Source: Candidatus Lloydbacteria bacterium | Lineage (GTDB): Bacteria > Patescibacteriota > Minisyncoccia > Phycocordibacterales > UBA6899 | Reading direction: 5' to 3' | Assembly: GCA_043719805.1 (NCBI GenBank) | Contig: JAYSTI010000055.1 | Span: forward strand, 2,760 to 66,759 | DNA length: 64,000 bases | Part shown: positions 28,915-38,656 of the stretch, in pieces | Layout of the letters: every line of letters begins with the position of its first letter | Position numbering within the stretch: position 1 is the stretch's first letter | Position numbers and translations under genes: made by a program | The notes under the pieces: generated by a model | Seen by the model: only the letters and a program-made list of their open reading frames with translations | Databases searched by the model: none | Told to the model about the DNA's origin: nothing

Positions 28915-29265
28915 TCAGACGCTGAAACTCGAACCGCAGCCGCAAGTCGAGGCAGCATTGGGATTCGTGATAACGAAGCGCGCATCGAGAAATTCGTCCC
29001 GGTAATCTACCGTCGCACCGTCAAGATACTGCGCACTCATCACATCAATGAGCAAAGTGATGCCGTCTTTTTCGACGAGAACATCGTCGTCGTTCGCGAA
29101 ATCATCAAAGGCAAATCCATATTGAAACCCGGAGCATCCCCCACCGGAGACATAGACACGCAACTTCAGGTTTGGCGTTCCGTCTTCAGCGATCATGTCC
29201 TTCACCTTCGAGAGAGCAGCGTCAGTGAGCGTCACCATCGGCATTGGTCCGTTCATGTGTATCAT
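28915..29265 (-). CDS. Iron-sulfur cluster insertion protein, IscA/ErpA/HesB family
   Basis: [13 protein letters not shown] and C-terminal CGCGSSFSV. Confidence 0.8.
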   Translation of the reverse strand: MIHMNGPMPMVTLTDAALSKVKDMIAEDGTPNLKLRVYVSGGGCSGFQYGFAFDDFANDDDVLVEKDGITLLIDVMSAQYLDGATVDYRDEFLDARFVITNPNAASTCGCGSSFSV

Positions 29266-29346
29266 CCTTTTGTACAGAAAACTCTCTCGCTATTCTACGC
29301 ACAACCCCGCAAAAAGAAAACCCCGCGTTCAGGCGGGGCGTATCGG

Positions 29347-30123
29347 TCATTGTTTCATTTCCAACATCATTTTGGCAACGGACTTTTTCAGTCGGCGCTC
29401 AAAACTTTTTCGTGTTCCGTTATTCGTGACGACGGCATGTGCATGCGGGCGTAGAAGGCGGATCTGTTCCTCTGCTTCAGCTTTTCCCAACTCAAGGAAT
29501 TGCGCATACGAGAGCTCGCTATCGCCCGGCTTTTCATTTCTCAGCACGTGGCGAGCGAAACGAACCTTCGGGTCCGCCTCGACATACATGAGACGGAAAG
29601 GATTGTACGCATCACTCATGAGCGTGGTGATGTCGACCAATCGACGAATGCCCTCGATGATGACGCACGTGCAATCATCCCCTGCTTGTGCGACGCGAAA
29701 TTTGACCGCACGCTCGAGCGTGTCTTCACCGAAAAATCGTCGCACTGCGGTCGAGAGCGTCTGCAGGTCGGCAGTACTCGCGCCGTTCGGCCAAACTCCG
29801 CTGTGTTCCGGCATAAACCGTCCGACAAGCCAGTATTCAAACTCGCGAAACTGAATGTAGCAAGCACCTGATGCACCGAGGTCAGAACCGAATGCATGTT
29901 TCAAAATATCGACGAGGTGCGGACCAAGACGATCTCCAAAAAGCGCAGGGGTTTTGTTCTCGCGCAAATGCGGAAAATTTTCAAGGAGTAGTCGATAGAA
30001 TTCGCGCAGTGAATCCGAAAAACGGAATGACGGCGTACCCGGATACCACGCCTTGACCAGGTCGGTAGCTGAACCCTTACCGCTGGACATTTCGCCGGCG
30101 AATCCCAACATCAGTTTTTGCAT
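29347..30123 (-). CDS. P-loop nucleotide kinase, T4 dNMP-kinase-like, long paralog with a C-terminal extension
   Basis: LGFAGEMSSGKGSA Walker A and CVIIEGIRRLVDITTL. It is a paralog of the 32714..33271 gene. Confidence 0.5.
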   Translation of the reverse strand: MQKLMLGFAGEMSSGKGSATDLVKAWYPGTPSFRFSDSLREFYRLLLENFPHLRENKTPALFGDRLGPHLVDILKHAFGSDLGASGACYIQFREFEYWLVGRFMPEHSGVWPNGASTADLQTLSTAVRRFFGEDTLERAVKFRVAQAGDDCTCVIIEGIRRLVDITTLMSDAYNPFRLMYVEADPKVRFARHVLRNEKPGDSELSYAQFLELGKAEAEEQIRLLRPHAHAVVTNNGTRKSFERRLKKSVAKMMLEMKQ

Positions 30124-30192
30124 TACGCGCTCCTGTGTACTTCTTGCTCCATCGTATTGGAATCAGTCTGAAAAACAAGTTGACCGAGGTCA

Positions 30193-31890
30193 TCACATTC
30201 GCTCTGGTGCGGTGATGCCCAAAAGGTCGAGCCCGCGCAGAAGAATACGTGAGGTCATCTGCACAAGAGCGAGCTTGTAGCCCTCGTCGCTGCTTCCTAT
30301 CACCTGACTATTCGCATAAAAGGCGTTAAACTCGCGGGCGAGCTCTATAAGATACGTTGCGATGTGGTGCGGCTCACGGCTCATTTCCGCGCGCAATACC
30401 GCTTCGGGAAAACGTAAAATATATTTATGCAATGAAATGATTTCATCATCGGCCATGCTCGCGACATTCAACTTCTCCCCTCCCGCCTTTGCAAATAGAG
30501 ACTTCGTGCGTGCGTAGGTGTATTGCAAGTACGGGCCGGAGTCCCCCTCGAAGGAGAGCGATTGTTCAAAATCAAAAATGATATCTTTGCCTGCCGCCTG
30601 TCGAAGGATGGAATACTTAATGGCTCCAATCGCGACCTGTTCAGCAATCTCATCTTTTTCCACATCAGAAAATGCACTCGTAAATTTCGTGAGTGCTTTT
30701 TCTTTTGTCTCACCAATGAGCGCCATTGCAGTGATCACGCTACCCGTTCTCGATGACATTTTTCCTGAAGGAAGTCGCAAAATACCATGACCAATATGGA
30801 GCGTCACGCCTGCGATAGCAGGCATTATTTCTTGCATCGCACGAAGAACTACCTTAAAGTAGTCATTTTGCTCATTCGCAGTTATGATAATCGAAATATC
30901 GGGGTGGTATGTATTAAGCTTCCAAAGATTAAGTCCCATCTCCTTTGATTCGTATGTAGGTAGACCCTCTTTGCTTATAAAAACGCGCGTATGTAGCCCG
31001 TTTTTTTGCTCTGAGTAAATGATAGCCCCACCATCTCCTTTCTCAAAAATCCCTTCTTGTACTGCCACAAACACAATTCTCTTTCCGTCCTCCGTTATCT
31101 CACTTTCCCCCTTTGCCACGTCAAAGTTACTTCCAAGGAGTTCGTATATTTCTCCAAGGTGCGCGAGACTCCATTTTTTCCCCTTATCATAGAGTTCATT
31201 AATGACGGGGTCAGATCGCTCGTGAATCTTCTTATTTATTTCTCTTACCTCAAGGGCAACTTCTTCACTTTCTTCCGACATTCTCACTCCATGCGGATAA
31301 GCTTCTCCCAAAAATTCAATGCACGCAAAAACACCTGCATCATGGGACGGCATCTTTTCCCGCAATGCATTCATCCCCCAGACAGCCTTCGCAATATTGA
31401 GCCCCGAATCAGAGTAGTAGTTCATGCGCACAACATCCGCTCCGCTCGCAGCAAAAAGACGTGAGATTGACTCTCCGATTGCATTGCTCATCAAGTGACC
31501 GATGTGAAATGGCTTTAAGACATTCGGGTCGGTGTATTCGACGATGACTTTTTTGCCCTTCAGCCGCTCGTTGTTGCCGTACTTTTCAATCGCGAGCGCG
31601 GCTTCAAGTTCCCGGACGAAATATGCTTTCGAAAGTTTGATATTGATGAACCCTGGACCGGCTATCTCAACCATAGAAATATCCGTATCTTTTTGTGCTT
31701 CAAGTTTCATCTTTATCTCTTCTGCTAGTGCGCGAGGATTCTTGCCCGCCTTTTTCGCACCCGCCATTGCGGCATTCGTCGACCAGTCGCCGTTTACCAT
31801 ATCCGCCGGCCGTTCAACGACAAAAGTCGCCTCGGTAATGCCGAGATCGAGAAGTGCCAAGTCTATGTATTCTCTCAATTTTTGCTCCAT
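30193..31890 (-). CDS. argS: Arginyl-tRNA synthetase
   Basis: HIGH-like PFHIGHLMSNAIGESISRL, the anticodon-binding domain and C-terminus ...GITAPERM. Start taken at MEQKLREYI. Confidence 0.9.
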   Translation of the reverse strand: MEQKLREYIDLALLDLGITEATFVVERPADMVNGDWSTNAAMAGAKKAGKNPRALAEEIKMKLEAQKDTDISMVEIAGPGFINIKLSKAYFVRELEAALAIEKYGNNERLKGKKVIVEYTDPNVLKPFHIGHLMSNAIGESISRLFAASGADVVRMNYYSDSGLNIAKAVWGMNALREKMPSHDAGVFACIEFLGEAYPHGVRMSEESEEVALEVREINKKIHERSDPVINELYDKGKKWSLAHLGEIYELLGSNFDVAKGESEITEDGKRIVFVAVQEGIFEKGDGGAIIYSEQKNGLHTRVFISKEGLPTYESKEMGLNLWKLNTYHPDISIIITANEQNDYFKVVLRAMQEIMPAIAGVTLHIGHGILRLPSGKMSSRTGSVITAMALIGETKEKALTKFTSAFSDVEKDEIAEQVAIGAIKYSILRQAAGKDIIFDFEQSLSFEGDSGPYLQYTYARTKSLFAKAGGEKLNVASMADDEIISLHKYILRFPEAVLRAEMSREPHHIATYLIELAREFNAFYANSQVIGSSDEGYKLALVQMTSRILLRGLDLLGITAPERM

Positions 31891-31952
31891 AATACAGTGA
31901 TAGTAACAGAGCGGCGGGAAAACAAAAAGTCCGACCATTGGTCGGACTGTCA

Positions 31953-32642
31953 TCAGAAAATTTTCTGCTGTTTTAGGTATGCGTAGATCTCCTCGTGGAT
32001 GTCTTCCTCGGAGCGCATGGTCGCGCCGCCATGCATCATGCAATCGATGACCTTCCAACCCTCACTCTTTGCAACCTCAAGATAGGACGCGGACGCCTGA
32101 CGCAAATGCTCGATGTTCGCCTCGTGCAAATCACGCTGCTTCCCTTGGGTATATTCGCGTGCCGCCTTTTTGTCGACAAGCTGCTGTCCGACCTCGGGTG
32201 GAACGTAGAGAAGAATATTCGCGTCCGGATGTGGCAATTCGAGAATTCCATACTCAAGTCCCTTCAACCAATCAATGCACTCCGCGCGCTCTTTGGGATT
32301 AGCAATCTTTCCCGCCTGATGCCCCATATTCGATGAAACATAGCGATTGCTGATGATGATGCCTCCTGCCGCGAGCCACTCACGCATCGCGAAAGATGCA
32401 TCGTAGCGGTCGAGCGCATAAAAGAGCGACGCCTTTTTTGCGCCGATTGTTTCGAGAGCGCCATATTCACCACGAAGATATTTTTCGACAAAATATGCGG
32501 AGGTACTTCCATACTGAGGAAAATCACTAAGCTTCACCTGCTTGCCCTCGCGCACGAGACGTTCAATCAGCATGCGAGACTGTGTCCCCTTTCCGGAGCC
32601 GTCCGTTCCATCAATCACAACGAGTTTTCCGAGCGTACTCAT
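31953..32642 (-). CDS. tmk: Thymidylate kinase
   Basis: LVVIDGTDGSGKGTQSRMLIERL P-loop with typical Tmk length and LID region. Confidence 0.9.
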   Translation of the reverse strand: MSTLGKLVVIDGTDGSGKGTQSRMLIERLVREGKQVKLSDFPQYGSTSAYFVEKYLRGEYGALETIGAKKASLFYALDRYDASFAMREWLAAGGIIISNRYVSSNMGHQAGKIANPKERAECIDWLKGLEYGILELPHPDANILLYVPPEVGQQLVDKKAAREYTQGKQRDLHEANIEHLRQASASYLEVAKSEGWKVIDCMMHGGATMRSEEDIHEEIYAYLKQQKIF

Positions 32643-32713
32643 GTCAGTTTTTCCAAATAAAAGATACTTCTGCTAATATTCTCGCACAAAAAAGTGACAT
32701 TGTGATATTTCTA

Positions 32714-33271
32714 TCATTCGCCGTATTTTTTGACGATGGCGTCAAGCTGCTGCTTAAGTTCGGGCATTGTCCCGGCGTTGTCGATGACCTCCGCGGCAAA
32801 CGCTTCGAGCTTCGTTATCTCGCGCTCGGGCTCCCCTTCGTGGTCATCTTCAAACTGCATGAACGTCTTTGACGAATCATCGGCATTTTCTCCCCGAATA
32901 ATGAGCCGCTCATAGCGTATCTTCATTGGCGCGGTAATGTAGCAAAGCTTAAACTCGGGAATTTCACGAAGATACTTTACGTCCTCGAGGCGCCTCACGC
33001 CGTCGACAATGATAAGCTGGTGTTCGTCCTTCTTTGCGTCTTCAAACATCACCTTCGCCATCAAATCCTCACCGAATTCTTTTCGCAAAAGCGTCGATGT
33101 GCGCTGCATAGTTGCGCGGTCCTGGGGTAGGTGCAGGCGACTGAGGATGTCGCGAAGCATCGTTGAGAATCGATAGGTGACCGCACCATGGTGTTCTGCC
33201 AAATATTTTGCCGCAGTTCCTTTCCCCGCCGCCATTTCCCCCGCAAAACCGAGAATCAATTTTTTCGCCAT
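32714..33271 (-). CDS. P-loop nucleotide kinase, T4 dNMP-kinase-like (185 aa)
   Basis: LILGFAGEMAAGKGTAAKYL and QLIIVDGVRRLEDVKYLREIPEFKLCYITAP resemble the phage dNMP kinase pattern (xSGKDT ... DVRF..E...). The family call is from memory. Confidence 0.5.
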   Translation of the reverse strand: MAKKLILGFAGEMAAGKGTAAKYLAEHHGAVTYRFSTMLRDILSRLHLPQDRATMQRTSTLLRKEFGEDLMAKVMFEDAKKDEHQLIIVDGVRRLEDVKYLREIPEFKLCYITAPMKIRYERLIIRGENADDSSKTFMQFEDDHEGEPEREITKLEAFAAEVIDNAGTMPELKQQLDAIVKKYGE

Positions 33272-33293
33272 AAAATAATACTATGAATATCTC

Positions 33294-33794
33294 CTACATG
33301 TTCTCATACGTTTCCATGTCGCCCGAGAGCAATTCCAAAAGCACGCCGGCATCTTTAAAAACCTTCTTCGACTGCGTAGCGCCGTGATAATCTTTTGCGC
33401 ATACGACCCTCACAATCCCGACATTGATAATCATCTTCGCGCACACGTAGCACGGAGCCATGTGCGTATAGAGTGTCGCACCTTCGAGCGAGACTCCGAC
33501 ACGCGCGGCCTGCACTATCGCGTTCTGCTCGGAGTGCGTCGTGCGGATGCAGTGTTGTGATTCCTTGCCGTCAACTTGAATAACCGTGTGAAGTTCATGG
33601 TCAAGCTCATCACACGAGGGGAGGCCGACCGGTGAGCCGACGTATCCCGTGGTAAGCATACGCTTGTTCTTTACGGTGACCGTCCCCGCGCGCCCACGGT
33701 CGCACGTTGCCCGTGTGCCAACAACCTCAGCAATCTGCATAAAATATTCGTCCCACGAAGGTCGCCGATATGCTTTTTTTTCCTCATCTTTCAT
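33294..33794 (-). CDS. dCMP deaminase (CMP/dCMP deaminase zinc-binding family)
   Basis: HSEQNAI...PCYVCAKMI (H-x-E ... PCxxC). Confidence 0.8.
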   Translation of the reverse strand: MKDEEKKAYRRPSWDEYFMQIAEVVGTRATCDRGRAGTVTVKNKRMLTTGYVGSPVGLPSCDELDHELHTVIQVDGKESQHCIRTTHSEQNAIVQAARVGVSLEGATLYTHMAPCYVCAKMIINVGIVRVVCAKDYHGATQSKKVFKDAGVLLELLSGDMETYENM

Positions 33795-33909
33795 CTGTAG
33801 AGTATAGCAAATCAGTATATTTCAAATCTGTGCACAAGCTGGGGAGATGTCTCAGCATGAGTCCAGTGCTCGCGCACGAAGGATTCAGGAAGCAAATACC
33901 CCCACAATA

Positions 33910-33937
33910 TTGACAAAACTCAATTTGAATGTACTAT
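33910..33937 (+). promoter_or_regulatory. Sigma-70-like promoter TTGACA-16-TACTAT
   Basis: Near-consensus -35/-10 pair 35-60 nt upstream of ATG 33971, with GGAGA as the RBS. Confidence 0.35.
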
Positions 33938-33970
33938 GAATGAAGCTGTTCAACCCCTATTGGAGACGAC

Positions 33971-34216
33971 ATGAAGCCGTTTTGGGTCTTGGTATTTGGT
34001 GCGGTCGCCGCAACTGTCCTGCTGTCGCAAAAGCGGACTCCCCGCCTCGCCGTGAGCAACTCGGATACGCCGGAAATCACGAGAATCCGCGCGGAGATCG
34101 CGGCCCTCGAGGCCGAACTCGTCAGACTCGACGCGAAGGCGCCGGTCGCGGAAGAAGATGCCGATCCGCGCTTCTTCACATCGCACACTCCGAAGCCGAT
34201 TACGTATCTGCAATGA
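33971..34216 (+). CDS. Small secreted or membrane-anchored protein (81 aa) with a signal-peptide/TM N-terminus and a coiled-coil-like segment
   Basis: A promoter, an RBS and a downstream intrinsic terminator are all present on the plus strand. Confidence 0.5.
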   Translation: MKPFWVLVFGAVAATVLLSQKRTPRLAVSNSDTPEITRIRAEIAALEAELVRLDAKAPVAEEDADPRFFTSHTPKPITYLQ

Positions 34217-34252
34217 GACCTCATCCATTTGGATGAACGAGTCCCAAGCAAA

Positions 34253-34281
34253 ACTGCCCCAAAGTAGGGCAGTCTTTTTTA
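34253..34281 (+). terminator. Intrinsic terminator ACTGCCC-caaagta-GGGCAGT followed by CTTTTTT
   Basis: Read directly from the sequence. Confidence 0.6.
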
Positions 34282-34301
34282 TTACGATGGAAATTGTCCA
34301 A

Positions 34302-34727
34302 CTAGTCAGCAACGGTGACACCCATCGAGCGGGCGGTTCCTGCGACAGTCTTCATTGCGGCTTCAATGGAAGCGGCATTCAAGTCCGGCATTTTCTTTTC
34401 GGCAATTTCGCGAACCTGAGCCTTGGTGATGGAGCCGGCCTTTTGTGTCCCCGGCTTGTTCGATGCCTTGTCCTTACCCATCGCCTTCAAGATGAGGCGT
34501 GAAACAGGAGAGACCTTCAGAATAAAGGTGAATGTGCGGTCTTCGTAGACGGTAATCTCGACAGGAACGATGTCGCCCATCATCTTTGCGCTAGCCGCAT
34601 TGAATTTTGTGACGAAGTCTCCGATGTTGATTCCGGCCTGTCCGAGTGCGGGGCCTACCGGTGGAGCAGGTGTTGCCTTGCCTCCGGAGATCTGCAATTT
34701 AAGCTTTTTGGTGATTTTTTTTGCCAT
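34302..34727 (-). CDS. rplK: 50S ribosomal protein L11
   Basis: [35 protein letters not shown]. Confidence 0.95.
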   Translation of the reverse strand: MAKKITKKLKLQISGGKATPAPPVGPALGQAGINIGDFVTKFNAASAKMMGDIVPVEITVYEDRTFTFILKVSPVSRLILKAMGKDKASNKPGTQKAGSITKAQVREIAEKKMPDLNAASIEAAMKTVAGTARSMGVTVAD

Positions 34728-34796
34728 ATGAATTTAAACTATATATTGAGTTCTGTGCGTAGCAAGTAGAAGCCATACTACGCGCTTGATACTACG

Positions 34797-35360
34797 TTAA
34801 ATCTTTTTTATCTGCAAGAAGTCGAGTTCCACGGGTGTTTCGCGGCCGAACATGGGGACCATGACCTTCACGCGCCCACGCTCGGTATCCACTTCGCCGA
34901 CGCGTCCCTCAAGCTCCTTGAACGGTCCGTCGGTAATAATGACCGATTCGCCAACTATGAGGTCAATTGCGTGCTTCACCATCTTTGAACCCATGCGTCC
35001 GAACAATGCGTCGATCTCTTTTTGATTGAGAGGTACAGGAACGACACCGGCGCCAACGAAGCCCGTTACGCGCGGAGTGTTGCGCACGACATACCAAGAG
35101 TCGGGATCATAAATCATGTTCACAAGCACGTAGCCCGGATATATTTCCTCTTCGACTTCAGCGCGCTTGCCGGCCTTCATCTTAATCTTCTTTTCCTTTG
35201 GGACGACAACATCAAAAATCTTGTCTTCCATGCCGAGTGACTCGATGCGCTGTCGCAAATTGCGTACAACCGCATTCTCATACCCTGAGTATGTGTGGAT
35301 GGCATACCACTGACGCGTCGGGGCTGCGGGCGTCTCGGGAACGTTGTTCTCTTCTTCCAT
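34797..35360 (-). CDS. nusG: Transcription termination/antitermination factor NusG
   Basis: NGN domain WYAIHTYSGYENAV plus a C-terminal KOW motif. Confidence 0.9.
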   Translation of the reverse strand: MEEENNVPETPAAPTRQWYAIHTYSGYENAVVRNLRQRIESLGMEDKIFDVVVPKEKKIKMKAGKRAEVEEEIYPGYVLVNMIYDPDSWYVVRNTPRVTGFVGAGVVPVPLNQKEIDALFGRMGSKMVKHAIDLIVGESVIITDGPFKELEGRVGEVDTERGRVKVMVPMFGRETPVELDFLQIKKI

Positions 35361-35380
35361 AATGAGTTTCTGGTGAATGA

Positions 35381-35569
35381 TTAATTAACGCCCATGAACT
35401 GCTTGATTCCGCTGGAGAACACGAAATCGAGTAAACCGAGAAAGAGTCCTGTTCCTATAGAAATAGAAATAACGATAAGCGTATAGCTGACGGCTTCTTG
35501 GCGCGTTGGCCACGTCACGTGTCGCATCTCCGCCCTTGTGTCCTTCAAATAATTGATGAATCCCATCAT
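35381..35569 (-). CDS. secE: Preprotein translocase subunit SecE
   Basis: FINYLKDTRAEMRHVTWPTRQEAVSYTLIVI plus a single TM helix. Start taken at the tandem ATGs (MMGFIN). Confidence 0.75.
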   Translation of the reverse strand: MMGFINYLKDTRAEMRHVTWPTRQEAVSYTLIVISISIGTGLFLGLLDFVFSSGIKQFMGVN

Positions 35570-35705
35570 ACAAGTGAAATTAACCTCATAATTGCCCCTA
35601 AGAAAAAACCCCCTCGGGGTGTCATTGATTTGCTTAGTATATGCGCCCCTCCGCAAAAGTCAAGGACGAAAAACTCGGCTAAAACATTGGGGAATGTTCG
35701 GTCGC

Positions 35706-35733
35706 GGAAAGAAAAAAGGTCCCCGAAGGGACC
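35706..35733 (-). terminator. Minus-strand terminator GGTCCC-ttcg-GGGACC followed by TTTTTTCTTTC, at the 3' end of the high-GC island
   Basis: Plus strand reads gaaagaaaaaaGGTCCCcgaaGGGACC. It lies 40 nt downstream of the gene ending at 35772. Confidence 0.5.
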
Positions 35734-35771
35734 CTGGAAATGCTTGAACGATTGAACGAACGAAAGAACGG

Positions 35772-36227
35772 TCAGTTGGCGCGCGTCGGACGAGAGCGGC
35801 GCGGATGCATCTCGTCGTAGTAGTCGACGCCGTCGAGGATGATGTCGGCCCAGCCCGAGAGCATCTCGTTGTGCTCTTTCGGGAGACGATCATAGTCGCA
35901 CTTGCCCCACAACACGCAGGACGGGAGGAACGGCTTCCGCTCACCCTGCTCGGGGAGCGAAACGGTGACGATGTGGTCGCCATCCTTCCAGCGGGAATAC
36001 GGGTAGACGCGGATCACCATGCGCCCACGGCGGTAGTCGAAGAACGAAGTGACGCGAATGTACACGATTTCGTGCATCGCCGGATAGACGACGTAAATGC
36101 CGGGAACACCGAGGCGGGCCTTCCAGAGACGCTCGTCTGCGACGTCTTCGAGTTCGATCTCCGGAGCAGCGCGCTCCGTATTACGACGAGGAAAGTCCAC
36201 CACGCGGGAAACACTCAGATTGGACAT
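35772..36227 (-). CDS. Hypothetical protein (151 aa), high-GC island gene 1
   Basis: GC-rich codon usage. GAAGGA RBS 6 nt before ATG 36227. Confidence 0.55.
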   Translation of the reverse strand: MSNLSVSRVVDFPRRNTERAAPEIELEDVADERLWKARLGVPGIYVVYPAMHEIVYIRVTSFFDYRRGRMVIRVYPYSRWKDGDHIVTVSLPEQGERKPFLPSCVLWGKCDYDRLPKEHNEMLSGWADIILDGVDYYDEMHPRRSRPTRAN

Positions 36228-36315
36228 GTCAGTTCCTTCAGAAACGTTTTGAATAGGTTGAAGTACCCACGACGCGCCGCTTGTGACGGCGAATCGTGGG
36301 CAGGAGGTTGCCTGA

Positions 36316-36999
36316 TCAGCGAACGCCCATGATGGAGAGCGCCATCTCGAGGTATCCCTTCAGGCCGCGAGTGCTCGCGAAGCGTGCCTTCGGCGCCTCG
36401 GTGTGCCCGAAGAGCTCATCGCGAAAGAAACTGCACCTCGCGAAGAGGACTAGCGGATGACCGACGCCACCGAGCACCGTCATCTTCACGCGCTCGCCGT
36501 GCTTGCCCGAAACCACTTCGAGGCCAAAGTCGATGCGGGAGTGAGCCCTCTCGACGTTGATCCCGAAGCTCACCACAGGCCGCTTGCCGTTCGCCCTGAT
36601 TGCGCGAACGAGGACCGAGAGGGTGCCGGTGTCGAACTCATCGAACTGCTTGAACGGGACTTCGTCCCAGACAGCATTGTCCGAGAGCTCGTCCACGTGC
36701 GGCGCCTTCGGCTTCGGTGCGGGCTTGGCGGGCGCCGTGATGACCTCGACGAGCACTGCGGCTTCCGGTGCGGACGCGGCGGGTTCGGCGAGCGCGACAA
36801 CGAACACGCCGTGTTCATCATCGGCGATCGGCAGAGCCGTCGGGTCGGTGGCGACAGTCGCGTCGACGACGGGCTCGTCATCGGGCGGAAGGTCGTTGCC
36901 GAAACCGGCGAGCGCGAACGCAGTGGCGAGTGCGGGGGTGAAGGGAGCGACACCGTCTTCGAGGTCGCGACGGTCAATGTTTCGTGACTTGTTGCTCAT
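36316..36999 (-). CDS. Hypothetical protein (about 227 aa) with an Ala/Pro-rich linker (PAKPAPKPKAP), high-GC island gene 2
   Basis: Start at MSNKSRNID, with GGAGTCTCTACC immediately upstream of the ATG. Confidence 0.55.
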   Translation of the reverse strand: MSNKSRNIDRRDLEDGVAPFTPALATAFALAGFGNDLPPDDEPVVDATVATDPTALPIADDEHGVFVVALAEPAASAPEAAVLVEVITAPAKPAPKPKAPHVDELSDNAVWDEVPFKQFDEFDTGTLSVLVRAIRANGKRPVVSFGINVERAHSRIDFGLEVVSGKHGERVKMTVLGGVGHPLVLFARCSFFRDELFGHTEAPKARFASTRGLKGYLEMALSIMGVR

Positions 37000-37221
37000 G
37001 GTAGAGACTCCTGGTGGTTGAAAATCAAAAAATAAACACGGATTGACAAGGAAACGGACGCACAAAATACTCACTTCGGGTTTAATCCCCAAGAGAACAT
37101 TTCTAGAATCCTCAACAATTGTAGCAGAATTTCAGTAAAAGTCAAGTGTATTTCCATACGCATTGCGAGCACCAAAACTGCAGAGGACGGGCTTCTGCAG
37201 TTTTGGAAACGCTGTGTGAAA

Positions 37222-37248
37222 AAACGCCGTATTTCAGGCGTTTTTGGG
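37222..37248. terminator. Bidirectional hairpin AAAACGCC-gtatttca-GGCGTTTT, a terminator downstream of island gene 3. A second 13-bp inverted repeat lies at 37176-37210.
   Basis: Read directly from the sequence. Confidence 0.45.
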
Positions 37249-37325
37249 GACTAACGAATGGCGGGCGCATTCATTGAATCGGTGTGCACAAGGAGAATTA
37301 CTTCCCGCCCCCTCTTTTGTTGGTG

Positions 37326-38510
37326 CTAGGTCGGAGTCGCGGGAAGAATCTTCACCACACATCCCGTGGAATTGACGATTCCCATAAAAGTTTTGCCCGC
37401 TTCAAAGTCGGCCGAATATCCCTCTGTTTTTTGAGAAAACGCATAACGCCGCCCAGCTCCATCTTGCGTAACGGCGTAGCCGAGTTCAAGTTCTGGACTG
37501 AAAGTAACGATCTTTAGCAAGAACGGCTCGGAAGAGCGGTGCGGACGGATTGTCGCCGTTGAAGCGTTTGCGGGTGCAACCACTGCGTCATCGGAAAAAT
37601 ACTTGAAGTTGAGCTTCTCTGCTCCTGCGGGAGTGGTTGCTGTGGGCGCTGACCAAGGAGCTGATGCGGGCTGACCGGCTCCTCCGCAACATTTGCCGGT
37701 ATCGCAAGAACATTGCATAGATGCACAACCATTTTCGCCGCAACATGATTTCGGTGTGACGACATCAGTGGGACGCGTCGCCTCAATCTCCGAGAGCGAG
37801 GAGGGCATTCCGCTCATTCGCTGGCCTCCGGAAGTCGCGATTGGGTCGTCATAGAGACGATGCTCTTTTAGCTCATCGAGTTCGCAATCACGCACATCCC
37901 GTACTTTCCTCTCGGCAAGGCGCCATCGCAGCAGGAGAAAAGCGCACAACGCAAACATCGACAGCGCGACGAGGCCCATCAATGAAAATTGAAGTTGGCC
38001 TTGCTGGTTCGCTTCCTTCAGACTCGCAATCATCTGTGACATCTCTGCGAGATCAGCTTTCAAAGCAGCACGCTCTGCTGCAAATTGCGCAACGTCTCTC
38101 CGAATCTCGTCTGCAAAAATTGCCGACTGGTTTCTCTGGACGGTGACCACAACTCCAACAGAAAGGTGTCTCCACGCTCGGTCGGTGTGATTGACGCCCG
38201 AAAGCGCTGAAGCGTCTTTCCAGTACTTCTCCCACTCGTGGAGCGGGCGCTTTTGTGCGATGAAGTACGCCCAGAGTGACTTCCACTCACCGAGTGAAAA
38301 GTTTTCCGTTGTCGCAATCGGGGGAAGTACTGCGACTTCAGCCACGTCCGACATTACGAGCTTACGTCCTGTCACAACGACGACCTGGGATTCCGGCACA
38401 GCCGATGCGGCAGGCGCCTCGGCGGATTGCACTATGCCGATTGCGGATGCTGACGATACAAGACACAGCGCGGCGAAGAAAGTCGCGAGTGAACGAATAA
38501 TGCTCCTCAT
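37326..38510 (-). CDS. Hypothetical signal-peptide protein with a central TM helix and a Cys-rich cluster (SCCGENGCASMQCSCDTGKCCGG), high-GC island gene 3
   Basis: Signal peptide MRSIIRSLATFFAALCLVSSASA. Strong RBS AAGGAG-tctcta-ATG at 38510. TM segment LMGLVALSMFALCAFLLL. Confidence 0.55.
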   Translation of the reverse strand: MRSIIRSLATFFAALCLVSSASAIGIVQSAEAPAASAVPESQVVVVTGRKLVMSDVAEVAVLPPIATTENFSLGEWKSLWAYFIAQKRPLHEWEKYWKDASALSGVNHTDRAWRHLSVGVVVTVQRNQSAIFADEIRRDVAQFAAERAALKADLAEMSQMIASLKEANQQGQLQFSLMGLVALSMFALCAFLLLRWRLAERKVRDVRDCELDELKEHRLYDDPIATSGGQRMSGMPSSLSEIEATRPTDVVTPKSCCGENGCASMQCSCDTGKCCGGAGQPASAPWSAPTATTPAGAEKLNFKYFSDDAVVAPANASTATIRPHRSSEPFLLKIVTFSPELELGYAVTQDGAGRRYAFSQKTEGYSADFEAGKTFMGIVNSTGCVVKILPATPT

Positions 38511-38656
38511 TAGAGACTCCTTTTTGAATTTACATCTCAAGAAACTCTACTCGGTATCATTTCTGATGTAAAGATAGTCTTTGTTTCGTCGTCGCTCGGC
38601 TCGAGCGCACATGGCACATGCACACTGAGACCTCGCTAGACGAAATCAAAATAAAA

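Noticed and set aside
35570-35770. Expected tRNA (commonly tRNA-Trp) upstream of secE that could have served as an island integration site
   Set aside because: No cloverleaf, T-arm (GGTTCGA/GTTC) or CCA-compatible acceptor found by eye. Only two terminator hairpins are present.
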